Source of the DNA: Actinomycetes bacterium
GTDB taxonomy: Bacteria; Actinomycetota; Acidimicrobiia; Acidimicrobiales; Bog-793
Reading direction: 5' to 3'
NCBI GenBank assembly: GCA_021796455.1
Contig: JAKACA010000004.1
Span: 1 to 48,796 of the forward strand
Length of the DNA stretch: 48,796 nucleotides
The notes beneath the pieces are model-generated. The model saw only the letters and a program-made list of their open reading frames with translations, did no database searches and had not been told where the DNA came from. The position numbers and the translations under genes are program-made. Below are positions 1-8,793 of this stretch, in pieces (positions within the stretch are counted from its first letter, which is position 1; the number at the start of each line of letters is the position of its first letter).

Positions 1-87
1 CCGAAGGAGATGATGGCGTCTCTCGCTTCTGCACTAGGCGAGGTGAGCGAGGAGATAAGCACATCCGGGGTGCCCCGGCGGACCTGA
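1..87 (+). CDS. 3' end of a CDS entering from the left edge (PKEMMASLASALGEVSEEISTSGVPRRT*); product unknown
   Basis: Frame 1 is open from base 1 to TGA at 85-87, converging on the next gene with a hairpin between them. Too short to assign. Confidence 0.45.
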   Translation, partial: PKEMMASLASALGEVSEEISTSGVPRRT

Positions 88-103
88 GGCGCCCCGGATG
101 TGC
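59..103. terminator. 16-bp inverted repeat, probable bidirectional terminator between convergent genes
   Basis: Arms GCACATCCGGGGTGCC (59-74) and GGCGCCCCGGATGTGC (88-103) pair with one G-U wobble. It lies at the ends of two convergent ORFs (stops at 85-87 and 110-112). Confidence 0.65.
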
Positions 104-109
104 AAAGGA

Positions 110-1744
110 TCAGGCGAACCAGAGGCTCCTGAAGTGGTAGTTGATCCAGGGGTTAGCAGTCTTTTGCGGTCCGGCGCCTTGCACGGCCTTCGACTGGCCC
201 GCGATGACCGGGGTGAACACGGGGATGATGTAGCCGCCCTCGGTCCAGTCCATCGTCATCATCTCGTGGACGAGCTCGTTCTGCTTCGCGGCGTCGACCG
301 TGCTGAGAGCTTCTTTGTAGAGTCTCAGGTATTTCGGAGCATAGGGACTGGTGTCCCAGTGCGTCTCGTCCCAGGGTGCTCCCGGGATCATCGAGTAGGC
401 TGCCTGGTGTAGATACGGGTAGCCGCTCCACCAGTCCTGTGCGAAGGTCCACTTCAGGTAGCTCGGGCCGAAGAAGGTCCCGCTCGTCACCGAGTCGAGA
501 TTGATCGTGACCCCGGCGGCGCTCGCCTGCTGCTTGAGGATCTCGGCCATCTGCACCGCGCCGGACTTGATCGGAGCGGTGACAAGAGTGGTCGTCAGGT
601 TCTCGTGACCCGCCTTTTTCAAGAGGAACTTGGCCTGGGCGATGTCCTGGTGACGCTGGGGAAGAGCCGTGTCGTAGTCGGGCTGGAGCACGCCGAAGAC
701 GTCGTTGCCGATCAGTCCGTAACCGCCGAAGGCGAGAAGGCGCATCTGCGGCCGGTTGACAAGAAGCCTCATGGCTTGGCGGACGCGCACGTCGTTGAAG
801 GGAGCCTGGTCGAGGCGCATCGTAAATGGCACCCAGCCTGGCCCTTCCCAGATCTCGATGGTCTTTCCGCCGGACTTGATCGGCGCCACGCTCGCGATCG
901 AGAGCTGGTCGACGACATCGGCTGCCCCAGAGAGCAGAGCGTTGACCTGAGAGGTCTCGTCGGTGAAGTCGGTGATCACGACCTCGTCGAAGTACGGCTC
1001 GCCGCTACGCCAGTAGTTGTCATTGCGGCTGAAGACGCTCTGCTGGCCGGGCGTGAAGGACTGGTACTTGAACGCTCCGGTACCGACAGGCTTCTTCGGG
1101 TCGTAGCCGACCGGCACGATGCTCATCTCGCCCTCGCCAATCAGCGTGAGCGGCATGATCGAGTACGCGGCATGCATCGGAATCCGCACCGTGTAGGCGT
1201 CGAGCTTCTTTGCTGCCGAGAGGTTCATGGAAGCCAGGGCGGAGGCCGAGGCGAACTTGTTCGTCACGATGCGGTTGAACGTGAAGAGCACGTCGTCGAT
1301 GTTGAGCTCCTTGCCGTTGTGGAACTCGATGCCCTTGCGCACCCGAATCGTCCACTCGGTCGAGCTCGCGTTTGGCGTCACCTCTTCGGCAAGTGCCAGC
1401 TGGGGAGTTGCGTTCGCATCCAGCTCCAGCAAGCAGTCGTAGAGCTGAGGTGCGCGAGCAAAGTCGAGGTTCTCCACGCAATTGTTGCCGTCAAGGGTGT
1501 CCGACGAGCCACCGCCTGTGCTCGCAAGGCGCAGCCTTCCTCCCCGCTTCGGCTTGGCTGTCGCCGGCCGCGCTAAGGCGCGCTCTGTGGCCGACCTTTG
1601 CGTCGGGTCAAGCCTCGCAGTCCCATGGGGGGCCAGCAGCCCACCCATCCCAAGGGCTGCCGCTCCACCGACCGTACCTTTCAAAAAGTCACGGCGCGAG
1701 TGCGACGCACCGTCTCTTGCCTGGCTGTCGTGGTCCTGCTCCAT
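110..1744 (-). CDS. ABC transporter solute-binding protein, family 5 (DppA/OppA/NikA-like), Tat signal (SBP-1)
   Basis: Twin-arginine SRRDFLK, then KRGGRLR, WTIRVRKGIEFHNGK, PVGTGAFK and PFNDVRVRQAM. Start placed at ATG 1744 (GGGGAG upstream); 1765 is an alternative. Confidence 0.9.
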   Translation of the reverse strand: MEQDHDSQARDGASHSRRDFLKGTVGGAAALGMGGLLAPHGTARLDPTQRSATERALARPATAKPKRGGRLRLASTGGGSSDTLDGNNCVENLDFARAPQLYDCLLELDANATPQLALAEEVTPNASSTEWTIRVRKGIEFHNGKELNIDDVLFTFNRIVTNKFASASALASMNLSAAKKLDAYTVRIPMHAAYSIMPLTLIGEGEMSIVPVGYDPKKPVGTGAFKYQSFTPGQQSVFSRNDNYWRSGEPYFDEVVITDFTDETSQVNALLSGAADVVDQLSIASVAPIKSGGKTIEIWEGPGWVPFTMRLDQAPFNDVRVRQAMRLLVNRPQMRLLAFGGYGLIGNDVFGVLQPDYDTALPQRHQDIAQAKFLLKKAGHENLTTTLVTAPIKSGAVQMAEILKQQASAAGVTINLDSVTSGTFFGPSYLKWTFAQDWWSGYPYLHQAAYSMIPGAPWDETHWDTSPYAPKYLRLYKEALSTVDAAKQNELVHEMMTMDWTEGGYIIPVFTPVIAGQSKAVQGAGPQKTANPWINYHFRSLWFA

Positions 1745-1972
1745 CCCCAGCTCCCCTTCCGTCATCGTGTCGCCGGCATGCTTCGACACGCTTTCGTCAC
1801 ATGACCCTGGGTATCGTAGTAACACAACCGCTACGACACAAGGCGCCCGCGCAAGAAGACGTAGGACGGCAGGTTACCTAGCTCGTGTGAGGAAGACGAG
1901 CTCGCACTTTGCCGGCACGAAATCCTTTCGCGCCAAGAGGTTCCGTCTCGCAGCCACCTCGAAGGGACACCG

Positions 1973-4900
1973 ATGATCCACCTCTGCAACGGCGAAGACC
2001 ACCGTCTCGACAGCTACTCCGAGCGCGACCGGAGGCTTCTCGCTCTCGTCGAGTCGTTCAACCGCCGGCTCATCGCGGCGTCACAGAGCGGTGCCGACAT
2101 CTCGAGGGTGCTCGCCGCTCTTGATCCAGACCCTGCGCGCTACACCTGGGTCGACGAGGGTGGCGGAGCCGTAGAAGACGTGCTCGATGAGGCCGAGGCG
2201 GAGCTGGCCTCGACACCATTGCTCCCCGGCTTCCGGCTACTTGCGAGCTTGTCGTTGCCGACGAGACTTCCATCGGCCCGGCCGGCAATCGCGCTTGGAC
2301 CCGACAGCTCGATGGTCGCGGCCTGGATCGAGTGGGAAGAGCACGTCGGTGAGAGGGTGCTGGCGCTCACCCTCGATAGCTCCGGCCAGCCTGTCACCGA
2401 TCCACAGGTCGTCTCGGGCGAGCCCGGTGACTGTCTCAGGCCGTCGGTCATCTTCGACGGCGACGGAGTCCCGTGGGTCTTCTTCGGGCAAAGGCGCGAC
2501 CGCGGTGTCGGCGTCTTCTACTCCCGGCTCTCGGGCAGCAGCTGGACGGCGGCCGCGCCCCTGAGCACGACGCCGCACCCTTCTTTCAACCAGGAGGTCG
2601 CCTGCCACCAAGATGGAAGCATCGAGTGCTGCTGGCAGGGCTACCGCGACGGGCGCTTTGGCATCTACAGCGCTCGCTCGGGTCGCGACGGCTTCAGCGC
2701 CGTCGAGCTCCTGAGCAGCGACAGCGAGAGAAACGTCTGGGATCCGGCGATCGTCGCCGGCGACGGCGGTGAGAGCCTGTACGCGTGGACGACCTACGGC
2801 GCCCGCGGATATGAGACGGCCCTTCTGCACACGAGCCCTGGCAGGCCGCCAGTACGCCAGACGATCGGCGCGCCAGGCGCTTACTCGCTTCATCCGAGCC
2901 TCGCGCGCGGCCCCGGCGGATCGCTGTGGTGCGCCTACGACGCGGTCGCCCTCGGGGGCCATGGCGGATCCGGGCCCACGGGCCTGCGGGCTCTCGAGGA
3001 GATCGAGCTACCACGGAAGACCGGCACCCGGCCCGACGGCAGGGCAGTTCCGGGAGACCTGGCACCCGACGTCCGAGCCGAGGTCGTCGTCCTTCGCCTG
3101 GACGAGATCGGTGCCACAGCCGAGCCCACAGGCGCCGTCGGCACGGGATCGCTCGTGTCGCCCGCGGGACTACCCCGGCTCGTCAGAGCCAGCGGCGACT
3201 CGATGGCCGTCGCCTACCGTTGCCTTCGACGCCTTCCTTTGATGCTTTACTTCTGGGACACGGTCGTGGAGTTTCACTCAGGGTCCGGCTGGGGAAGCTT
3301 TACGACGTTCGACAACCCAGATGGCCCTCTAGAGGAACCGGCGGTCGCGGCTCACCGTGATGGCGTTGTCGTCTCGTGGCAGGAGGATGGCCGCCGCGAG
3401 CGAGAGCTCGCTTGGACCGAGGGATTCGGCGGCGAGGAGTGTATCCGCCTCCGCGAGCACTATGGGGAGGTCGTGTGGCACTCCCTGCACAGTGGTGGTC
3501 GGATACGCATCGCCGAGGTCGCTTCGCCAAGCGATCGGCCGGCCGATGCGCCCCAGCATCCGCCGGTGCTCGAGACCGAGGCCCCAGGGACGAGGGCGAG
3601 GACCGGGCAAGTGCCGGGGTCGGGTTTCGAAGCTCTCCTGGACGCTCGCGCCTGGGCAAGGGCCCGCAAGACTCTCGGCTCGGAGCGGCACACGGCCGGC
3701 GACGGCGACCGGAGCTACTCGCTCTACTGGGGAGACCTCCACCGTCACTCCCTCATCAGTCGGTGCACTGCCGGAGACGAGCCCGAGCTCGACGACTTCT
3801 ACCGGTACTCTTTCGACGTTTGCGAGTACGACTTCTGGGCGGTCACAGATCACGCCGAGAACACTTCGCCCTACCAGTGGTGGTCAATCCAGAAGCTCGC
3901 GGACACGCTGTATGTGGACGGGCGCTTCGTTCCCTTCTATGGGTTCGAGTGGACTGCTGCGACCGGGCATCAGAACGTCATCTTCGAGTCTACGCGGCGC
4001 GGCGCTCCCATCTACTCCTCGACATCAGAGGGGACAAGGACGCCTGATCAGCTCTGGGCGCGCCTGCGCTCTGCCGGTCAGGCAAGCCTTACGATCCCGC
4101 ACCATCCCGGCTCGGCCATGGTGCCATTCGACTGGTCCTATCAAGGTGACGACCTCATGCGCCTCGTCGAGGTCTTCCAGGCGTGCCGCGGCAACTACGA
4201 GGACGACGGCTGCTTCCGCCAGTACTCCGATGGCACTCTGACTGGAACCTTCGTTGCCGATGGCCTGCGCGCCGGGCATCGTTTCGGGCTGATCGCCTCG
4301 TCGGACCACGGCAACGGAGCGAGCTACGTCGGGGCCTACGCAGAGGAGCTATCCCGCGAGAGCGTCTTTGCCGCGCTGCGGGCACGGCGCACGATCGCCG
4401 CCACCACCCGCGACATCGCCGTCGACTTTCGCCTCAACGGCTGCTTCATGGGCGGCGAGGCAGCCCCCGCGTCGCTGGCGCGCCTTACGGTGCAAGCGAG
4501 CGCCTACCGTGACATCGCGCGTCTCGATGTCATCTGCAACGGAGTCATCGCCCACAGCCTCGAGCCGGAGCTGGCGGTCGGCGACGGCGAGGTAGCCGTT
4601 CCCGTACGCGTCGAATGGACTACCGGAAAGACGCCGCTAACCGACTGGACCGGCTATCTCGAGGTCGACGGCGGTGAGATCGTACTGACCAAGTTCTGGT
4701 CGCCGGAGATAGTGGAGGTGAGCAAGCACAGGATTGGGTGGTCGGCCCACACGCGCAACTTCCGCTCGCAGTACGGCGCCCAGCGCGGAGGGGTCGAGCT
4801 CACCTTGGTGGGGCGGCCCGCCGCACAAGTGCGGATCTCCACTGCGGCACTGAGCGGCGCCACCACTCTCGGGGAGCTTGCCGCGCTCGGCGCGGTCGGC

Positions 4901-5089
4901 CTTTCGGAGAGCGACGAGGGGACTCTCAGGCTGCAGCGCGCCACGGGAGCTTTGCGCAGCCTCGGAACCGACAGGCTGACGACCTCCTTCGAGGACGTGG
5001 TGAAAGCACCGGCCTGGTACTACGCGCGCGTGACCCTGGAGGACGGCGAGATGGCCTGGTCCTCACCGATCTGGGTCACCCCGGCGTGA
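1973..5089 (+). CDS. DUF3604 / PHP-superfamily putative metallohydrolase with N-terminal beta-rich repeat region (1038 aa)
   Basis: PHP-type motifs YWGDLHRHS, DFWAVTDH, FYGFEWT..GHQNV, IPHHPG, RLVEVFQ and ASSDH; C-terminal WYYARV...MAWSSPIW. N-terminal repeats of the type P-x-hydrophobic...W...W suggest a propeller. AAGGGA RBS. Confidence 0.75.
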   Translation: MIHLCNGEDHRLDSYSERDRRLLALVESFNRRLIAASQSGADISRVLAALDPDPARYTWVDEGGGAVEDVLDEAEAELASTPLLPGFRLLASLSLPTRLPSARPAIALGPDSSMVAAWIEWEEHVGERVLALTLDSSGQPVTDPQVVSGEPGDCLRPSVIFDGDGVPWVFFGQRRDRGVGVFYSRLSGSSWTAAAPLSTTPHPSFNQEVACHQDGSIECCWQGYRDGRFGIYSARSGRDGFSAVELLSSDSERNVWDPAIVAGDGGESLYAWTTYGARGYETALLHTSPGRPPVRQTIGAPGAYSLHPSLARGPGGSLWCAYDAVALGGHGGSGPTGLRALEEIELPRKTGTRPDGRAVPGDLAPDVRAEVVVLRLDEIGATAEPTGAVGTGSLVSPAGLPRLVRASGDSMAVAYRCLRRLPLMLYFWDTVVEFHSGSGWGSFTTFDNPDGPLEEPAVAAHRDGVVVSWQEDGRRERELAWTEGFGGEECIRLREHYGEVVWHSLHSGGRIRIAEVASPSDRPADAPQHPPVLETEAPGTRARTGQVPGSGFEALLDARAWARARKTLGSERHTAGDGDRSYSLYWGDLHRHSLISRCTAGDEPELDDFYRYSFDVCEYDFWAVTDHAENTSPYQWWSIQKLADTLYVDGRFVPFYGFEWTAATGHQNVIFESTRRGAPIYSSTSEGTRTPDQLWARLRSAGQASLTIPHHPGSAMVPFDWSYQGDDLMRLVEVFQACRGNYEDDGCFRQYSDGTLTGTFVADGLRAGHRFGLIASSDHGNGASYVGAYAEELSRESVFAALRARRTIAATTRDIAVDFRLNGCFMGGEAAPASLARLTVQASAYRDIARLDVICNGVIAHSLEPELAVGDGEVAVPVRVEWTTGKTPLTDWTGYLEVDGGEIVLTKFWSPEIVEVSKHRIGWSAHTRNFRSQYGAQRGGVELTLVGRPAAQVRISTAALSGATTLGELAALGAVGLSESDEGTLRLQRATGALRSLGTDRLTTSFEDVVKAPAWYYARVTLEDGEMAWSSPIWVTPA

Positions 5090-5122
5090 GCGGACTATCT
5101 TGGGCTTGGTGATGGCCGGCTT

Positions 5123-6136
5123 GTGGTCAACAGCGACGCGCCTTTGGACACCGTGACAGCAAGACAGTCACACCCTCGCCTCGCGGTGTTCACCGATCCC
5201 GAAGAGCTGGACGTGTCGGAGGGCCGGGAGCTGCTTGAACGCAGTGGTTTCGAAGTCCGAGTTCTCGGCACGCGAGATCACAGTGAGATCATCGCATCGG
5301 CATCTTCTGCCACTGCGATGGTGATCGGCTACACCCGGGTCGATGAGGACCTGATCGCGGCGATGGGCAACTTGGCGATCGTCTCGACAATGTCGGTGGG
5401 CGTCGACACGATCGATATCGAGGCGGCCGTGCGACGAGGTGTCTGGATCACAAACGTTCCCGACGCTGCCAGCGAGGAGGTGTCCGTCCACGCGCTCTCG
5501 CTCGCTCTCTCCCTCGTTCGCGGTGTCGGGTTCCTCGACCGTCATGTGCGAAGTGGTGGTTGGGCTACTGACGCCGCCGAGTCCCTGACAAGACCGAGCC
5601 AGCTGAGCTTCGGCGTGATCGGCCTCGGGCGCATCGGCAGGCGCGTCGCTTCGCTCGCCGCGCCGATCTTTGGTCGGGTGCTCGGCCACGACCCCTTCGT
5701 CGCTGACGACGCATGGCCCACCGCAGTAGGACGCCTCTCCCTCGACAGCCTGCTCCGCCAGTCCGACGTCGTCTCGCTTCACCTGCCCGCCCTGGCAAAT
5801 GGCGAGGCAGTGCTCGACGGGGAGCGCCTCGCTCTCCTGCCGCGGGGCGCCTTCATAGTCAACGTCTCGAGGGGGAGCCTGCTCGACGAGCACGCTCTGA
5901 TCGAGGCACTCGACGCCGGCCAGGTTCGCGGAGCGGGTCTCGATGTTTGCGCTACAGAGCCCCCTGCCCTCGACGACCCTTTGAGACGACACCCCCGCGT
6001 CCTCATGACGCCGCATCTCGCTTACCTCTCCGAACAGAGCGCTCGATCCTATGCACTGCGAGCAGCTGAGAACGTGGCGCAATGGGCTAGGTGCGGCCGG
6101 CCCCACGACATAGTGAGCAAAGGACACGAGACATGA
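5123..6136 (+). CDS. D-isomer-specific 2-hydroxyacid dehydrogenase (NAD-binding)
   Basis: SVGVDTID, TNVPD, GVIGLGRIG, DVVSLHLP, VNVSRG, GLDVCATEP and TPHLA. Confidence 0.9.
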   Translation: MVNSDAPLDTVTARQSHPRLAVFTDPEELDVSEGRELLERSGFEVRVLGTRDHSEIIASASSATAMVIGYTRVDEDLIAAMGNLAIVSTMSVGVDTIDIEAAVRRGVWITNVPDAASEEVSVHALSLALSLVRGVGFLDRHVRSGGWATDAAESLTRPSQLSFGVIGLGRIGRRVASLAAPIFGRVLGHDPFVADDAWPTAVGRLSLDSLLRQSDVVSLHLPALANGEAVLDGERLALLPRGAFIVNVSRGSLLDEHALIEALDAGQVRGAGLDVCATEPPALDDPLRRHPRVLMTPHLAYLSEQSARSYALRAAENVAQWARCGRPHDIVSKGHET

Positions 6137-7740
6137 CAACAGGAGAACCGGAGATGGGCTACAGGACAGGCGGGCAGGTCGTGGTCGACAGCCTCGTGGC
6201 AAATGGGGTCGAGGTCGTCTTCGGCATCCCCGGTACCCACAGCCTGCCGATCTACAGGCACTTGCGCTCCTCTGGCATCACCCACGTCACCCCACGCCAT
6301 GAGCAAGGCGCCGGTTATGCCGCGGACGGCTACGCGCGCTCGAGTGGAAGGCCGGGAGTCTGCCTGGTCACGACGGGTCCTGGCGTCACGAACATCGCGA
6401 CAGCTGTCGCTCAGGCCTACTCGGATTCGATCCCCCTCCTCGTCGTGTCGCCGGGGGTGCCGTTTCGGATCGACGGAGGCGACCACGGATTCCTTCACGA
6501 GATGAAAAGCCAGATCGGCGTGACGGCCAGCATCACCGCCTGGAGCCGCCGCGTCACCTCGCACCAGGAGCTGGCCGACTCACTCAACCAGGCGTTCGCC
6601 TTCTTCGCGACGGGCAGAGCACGTCCTGTTCACATAGAGGTGCCCCTCGAGATACTCGATCAGCCCGGATATGTCGATGGCATCTGGAGAGCGCGCGGAG
6701 CGGTCGCGCCGCCGCTCGAATCCGAGATCGAACGCGCCGCGCAAGCGCTGCGCTCGGCTTCGACACGGGTCCTCGTCCTCGGTGGTGGAGCCAGGGGCGC
6801 AACAGACGTGGCGACTCGTCTCGTCGAGCGCCTCCAGATGCCGGCCATGACCACAATGAACGGGAAGGGAGTCGTCTCTGAGCGCAACCCCCTGTCTCTC
6901 GGCACCGCGATCATGGCGAGAGCCGCGCAACGCTACGTCGATGAGTGCGACGTGGTGCTCGCCGTCGGCACCGAGCTCGGAGATTCCGACCTTTGGGGCG
7001 GCACGCTGCGGCCCGCGGGCACGGTGATCCGGATCGACATCGATTCCGCCCAGCTGCAGAAGAATCTGGACGCCCACATCGTGGTGCAAGCGGACTCGAA
7101 ACTTGCCCTCGAAGCCCTAGAAGCGCGGCTCGTCACCGCCAGCCCGACGCCCCGAGCATCTTCGGCGCAAGTTGCTCGGATCCGCAGAGAGATCGACGAC
7201 GAGCTCGCGAGCGAGGTCGCACCGTGGCGGGAGATGCATGCAGAGCTCGAGAAGGTCCTCGACGCCAACGCGATCGTCGCGGGAGACGCCACGATGGCCT
7301 GCTACTTCGGCACCGGGTACCTTCTCCCTCTGGAGGGGCCATCGCAGTGGCTATATCCGACTGGCTTCTGCACGCTCGGCTATGGCCTGCCGGCCGCCAT
7401 CGGCGCCAAGATCGCCCACCCGGACCGCCAGGTCATCGCCGTCATGGGCGACGGAGGCGTCATGTTCACTCTGGGCGAGCTCGCGACCGCGGCCGAGCTG
7501 CATCTCGCGATCCCGCTCGTGGTAGTGACAAATGGTGGCTACGGCGAGATCCGAAGAGAGATGGAGGCGCTCGGATCCGAGCCACTCGGGACCGACTTCT
7601 CCAGCCCGGACTTCGTCATGGTGGCGCGGGGCCTGGGCGGCGAGGGCGTCCGCACGACTGCCGCCGGCCTGGCCCATGAAGCGGAGGAGGCCTTCACCCG
7701 TGATCGACCGACCCTCATCGAGCTCAATTACCCTCAGTAG
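6133..7740 (+). CDS. ThDP-dependent enzyme (acetolactate-synthase fold), resembles AruI-type 2-oxo acid decarboxylases
   Basis: FGIPGTH, RHEQGAGYAADGYAR, TTGPGVTN, GFLHE, TLGYGLPAAIGA and ThDP motif GDGG...NGGYG. ATGA overlap with the upstream stop. Confidence 0.85.
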   Translation: MTTGEPEMGYRTGGQVVVDSLVANGVEVVFGIPGTHSLPIYRHLRSSGITHVTPRHEQGAGYAADGYARSSGRPGVCLVTTGPGVTNIATAVAQAYSDSIPLLVVSPGVPFRIDGGDHGFLHEMKSQIGVTASITAWSRRVTSHQELADSLNQAFAFFATGRARPVHIEVPLEILDQPGYVDGIWRARGAVAPPLESEIERAAQALRSASTRVLVLGGGARGATDVATRLVERLQMPAMTTMNGKGVVSERNPLSLGTAIMARAAQRYVDECDVVLAVGTELGDSDLWGGTLRPAGTVIRIDIDSAQLQKNLDAHIVVQADSKLALEALEARLVTASPTPRASSAQVARIRREIDDELASEVAPWREMHAELEKVLDANAIVAGDATMACYFGTGYLLPLEGPSQWLYPTGFCTLGYGLPAAIGAKIAHPDRQVIAVMGDGGVMFTLGELATAAELHLAIPLVVVTNGGYGEIRREMEALGSEPLGTDFSSPDFVMVARGLGGEGVRTTAAGLAHEAEEAFTRDRPTLIELNYPQ

Positions 7741-7761
7741 AGGCTCAGCCTTTGCCGGTAT

Positions 7762-8793
7762 TTACGCGGCGCCTTCCCGCCGATCCTTGCCGCGGCCCGT
7801 CGCTTCCGCCCCACCAAGTCCAGGTACCAACGAGCCGGGGAAGCCGGGAGAGCGCAACGCTATACCCACCTCATCTTCGAGGAGCTGGACGACATGAGGT
7901 GACCAGGCGTCGCCACCGTAGCGATCGCGAGCCGCGACGAATCTCTGTTCTACGAGAGCCGCAATTTCCGTTGGCACGCCGAGGTCATCGGCCAACCGGT
8001 GAACCAGAGATAGATCCTTGCAAGCGAGATCGAGAGTGAAACCTATGTCGTAGGTGCCCGCGAGAATCACCTGGCTCTCTGTCTCGTGGACAAAGCTGTT
8101 GCCAGAGCTCGACCTCACAGACTCAAAGGCATCCCTCAGGTCAATTCCCGCTCGAGCGGCCAGCATGAGCGCCTCGCCCGCAGCCACGAGGTGTACGAAG
8201 GCCAGCATGTTTGTGATCACCTTCATCTTCGAGGCCTGGCCAAGCGCTCCAAGGTAGATCACCTTCGAGCCAATGCTGGCCAGAAGACGCTGGTGCCGCG
8301 CATATGTCGCCTCTGAGCCACCGACAAGCACGGTCAGCTCACCTGCAGCAGCCCTGTGAACACCCCCGGTCACAGGTGCTTCCAAGGCGCCCACACCAAG
8401 AGAGTGGGCGATGGAGCCGAGACGACACATTTCGCCCGCATCGTTGGTGCTCATGTCGATCCAGCACCCGCCCGAGCCAAGACTGCTCAGGACTCCGCCG
8501 ACGCCCGCCACTACTTCGCCCACGATGTCCACGCGCGGCAGACAGGTGATCACCGTCTCAGCACTTGCCGCCACCGCAGCCGGGCTTCGGGCCCACCTGG
8601 CCCCTGCCGCTATACAGGCACTGGCCGCGTCGCGGTCGGCGTCGTGGACAACCACCTCGTATCCCGCCTCCAACAGCCTCACGGCTATGGGGCTGCCAAG
8701 GTTACCGGTACCGATGAAACCAAGGCGCGATCCGCCGGGTAGGTCCTCATCTGACCCTCGATCTGACGCTTGCACTGCTCGCTCGTCTCTCAA
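7762..8793 (-). CDS. NAD(P)-dependent beta-hydroxyacid dehydrogenase (3-hydroxyisobutyrate/6-phosphogluconate dehydrogenase family)
   Basis: GFIGTGNLG, IDMSTN, EAPVTGG, catalytic K in MKVITN, and FTLDLACKDL. TTG start overlaps the SBP-2 stop; exact start uncertain. Confidence 0.85.
   Translation of the reverse strand: MRDERAVQASDRGSDEDLPGGSRLGFIGTGNLGSPIAVRLLEAGYEVVVHDADRDAASACIAAGARWARSPAAVAASAETVITCLPRVDIVGEVVAGVGGVLSSLGSGGCWIDMSTNDAGEMCRLGSIAHSLGVGALEAPVTGGVHRAAAGELTVLVGGSEATYARHQRLLASIGSKVIYLGALGQASKMKVITNMLAFVHLVAAGEALMLAARAGIDLRDAFESVRSSSGNSFVHETESQVILAGTYDIGFTLDLACKDLSLVHRLADDLGVPTEIAALVEQRFVAARDRYGGDAWSPHVVQLLEDEVGIALRSPGFPGSLVPGLGGAEATGRGKDRREGAA

Noticed and set aside
1918-1930. 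LacI-like operator CGAAATCCTTTCG in the SBP-1/DUF3604 divergent region
   Set aside because: Only 5-bp arms, lacks the central CG, and no LacI gene in the window; too weak to call.
6133-7740. ilvB biosynthetic acetolactate synthase
   Set aside because: No ilvN/ilvC neighbours; the GIPGTH/GFLHE signature and catabolic context fit a decarboxylase-type ThDP enzyme.
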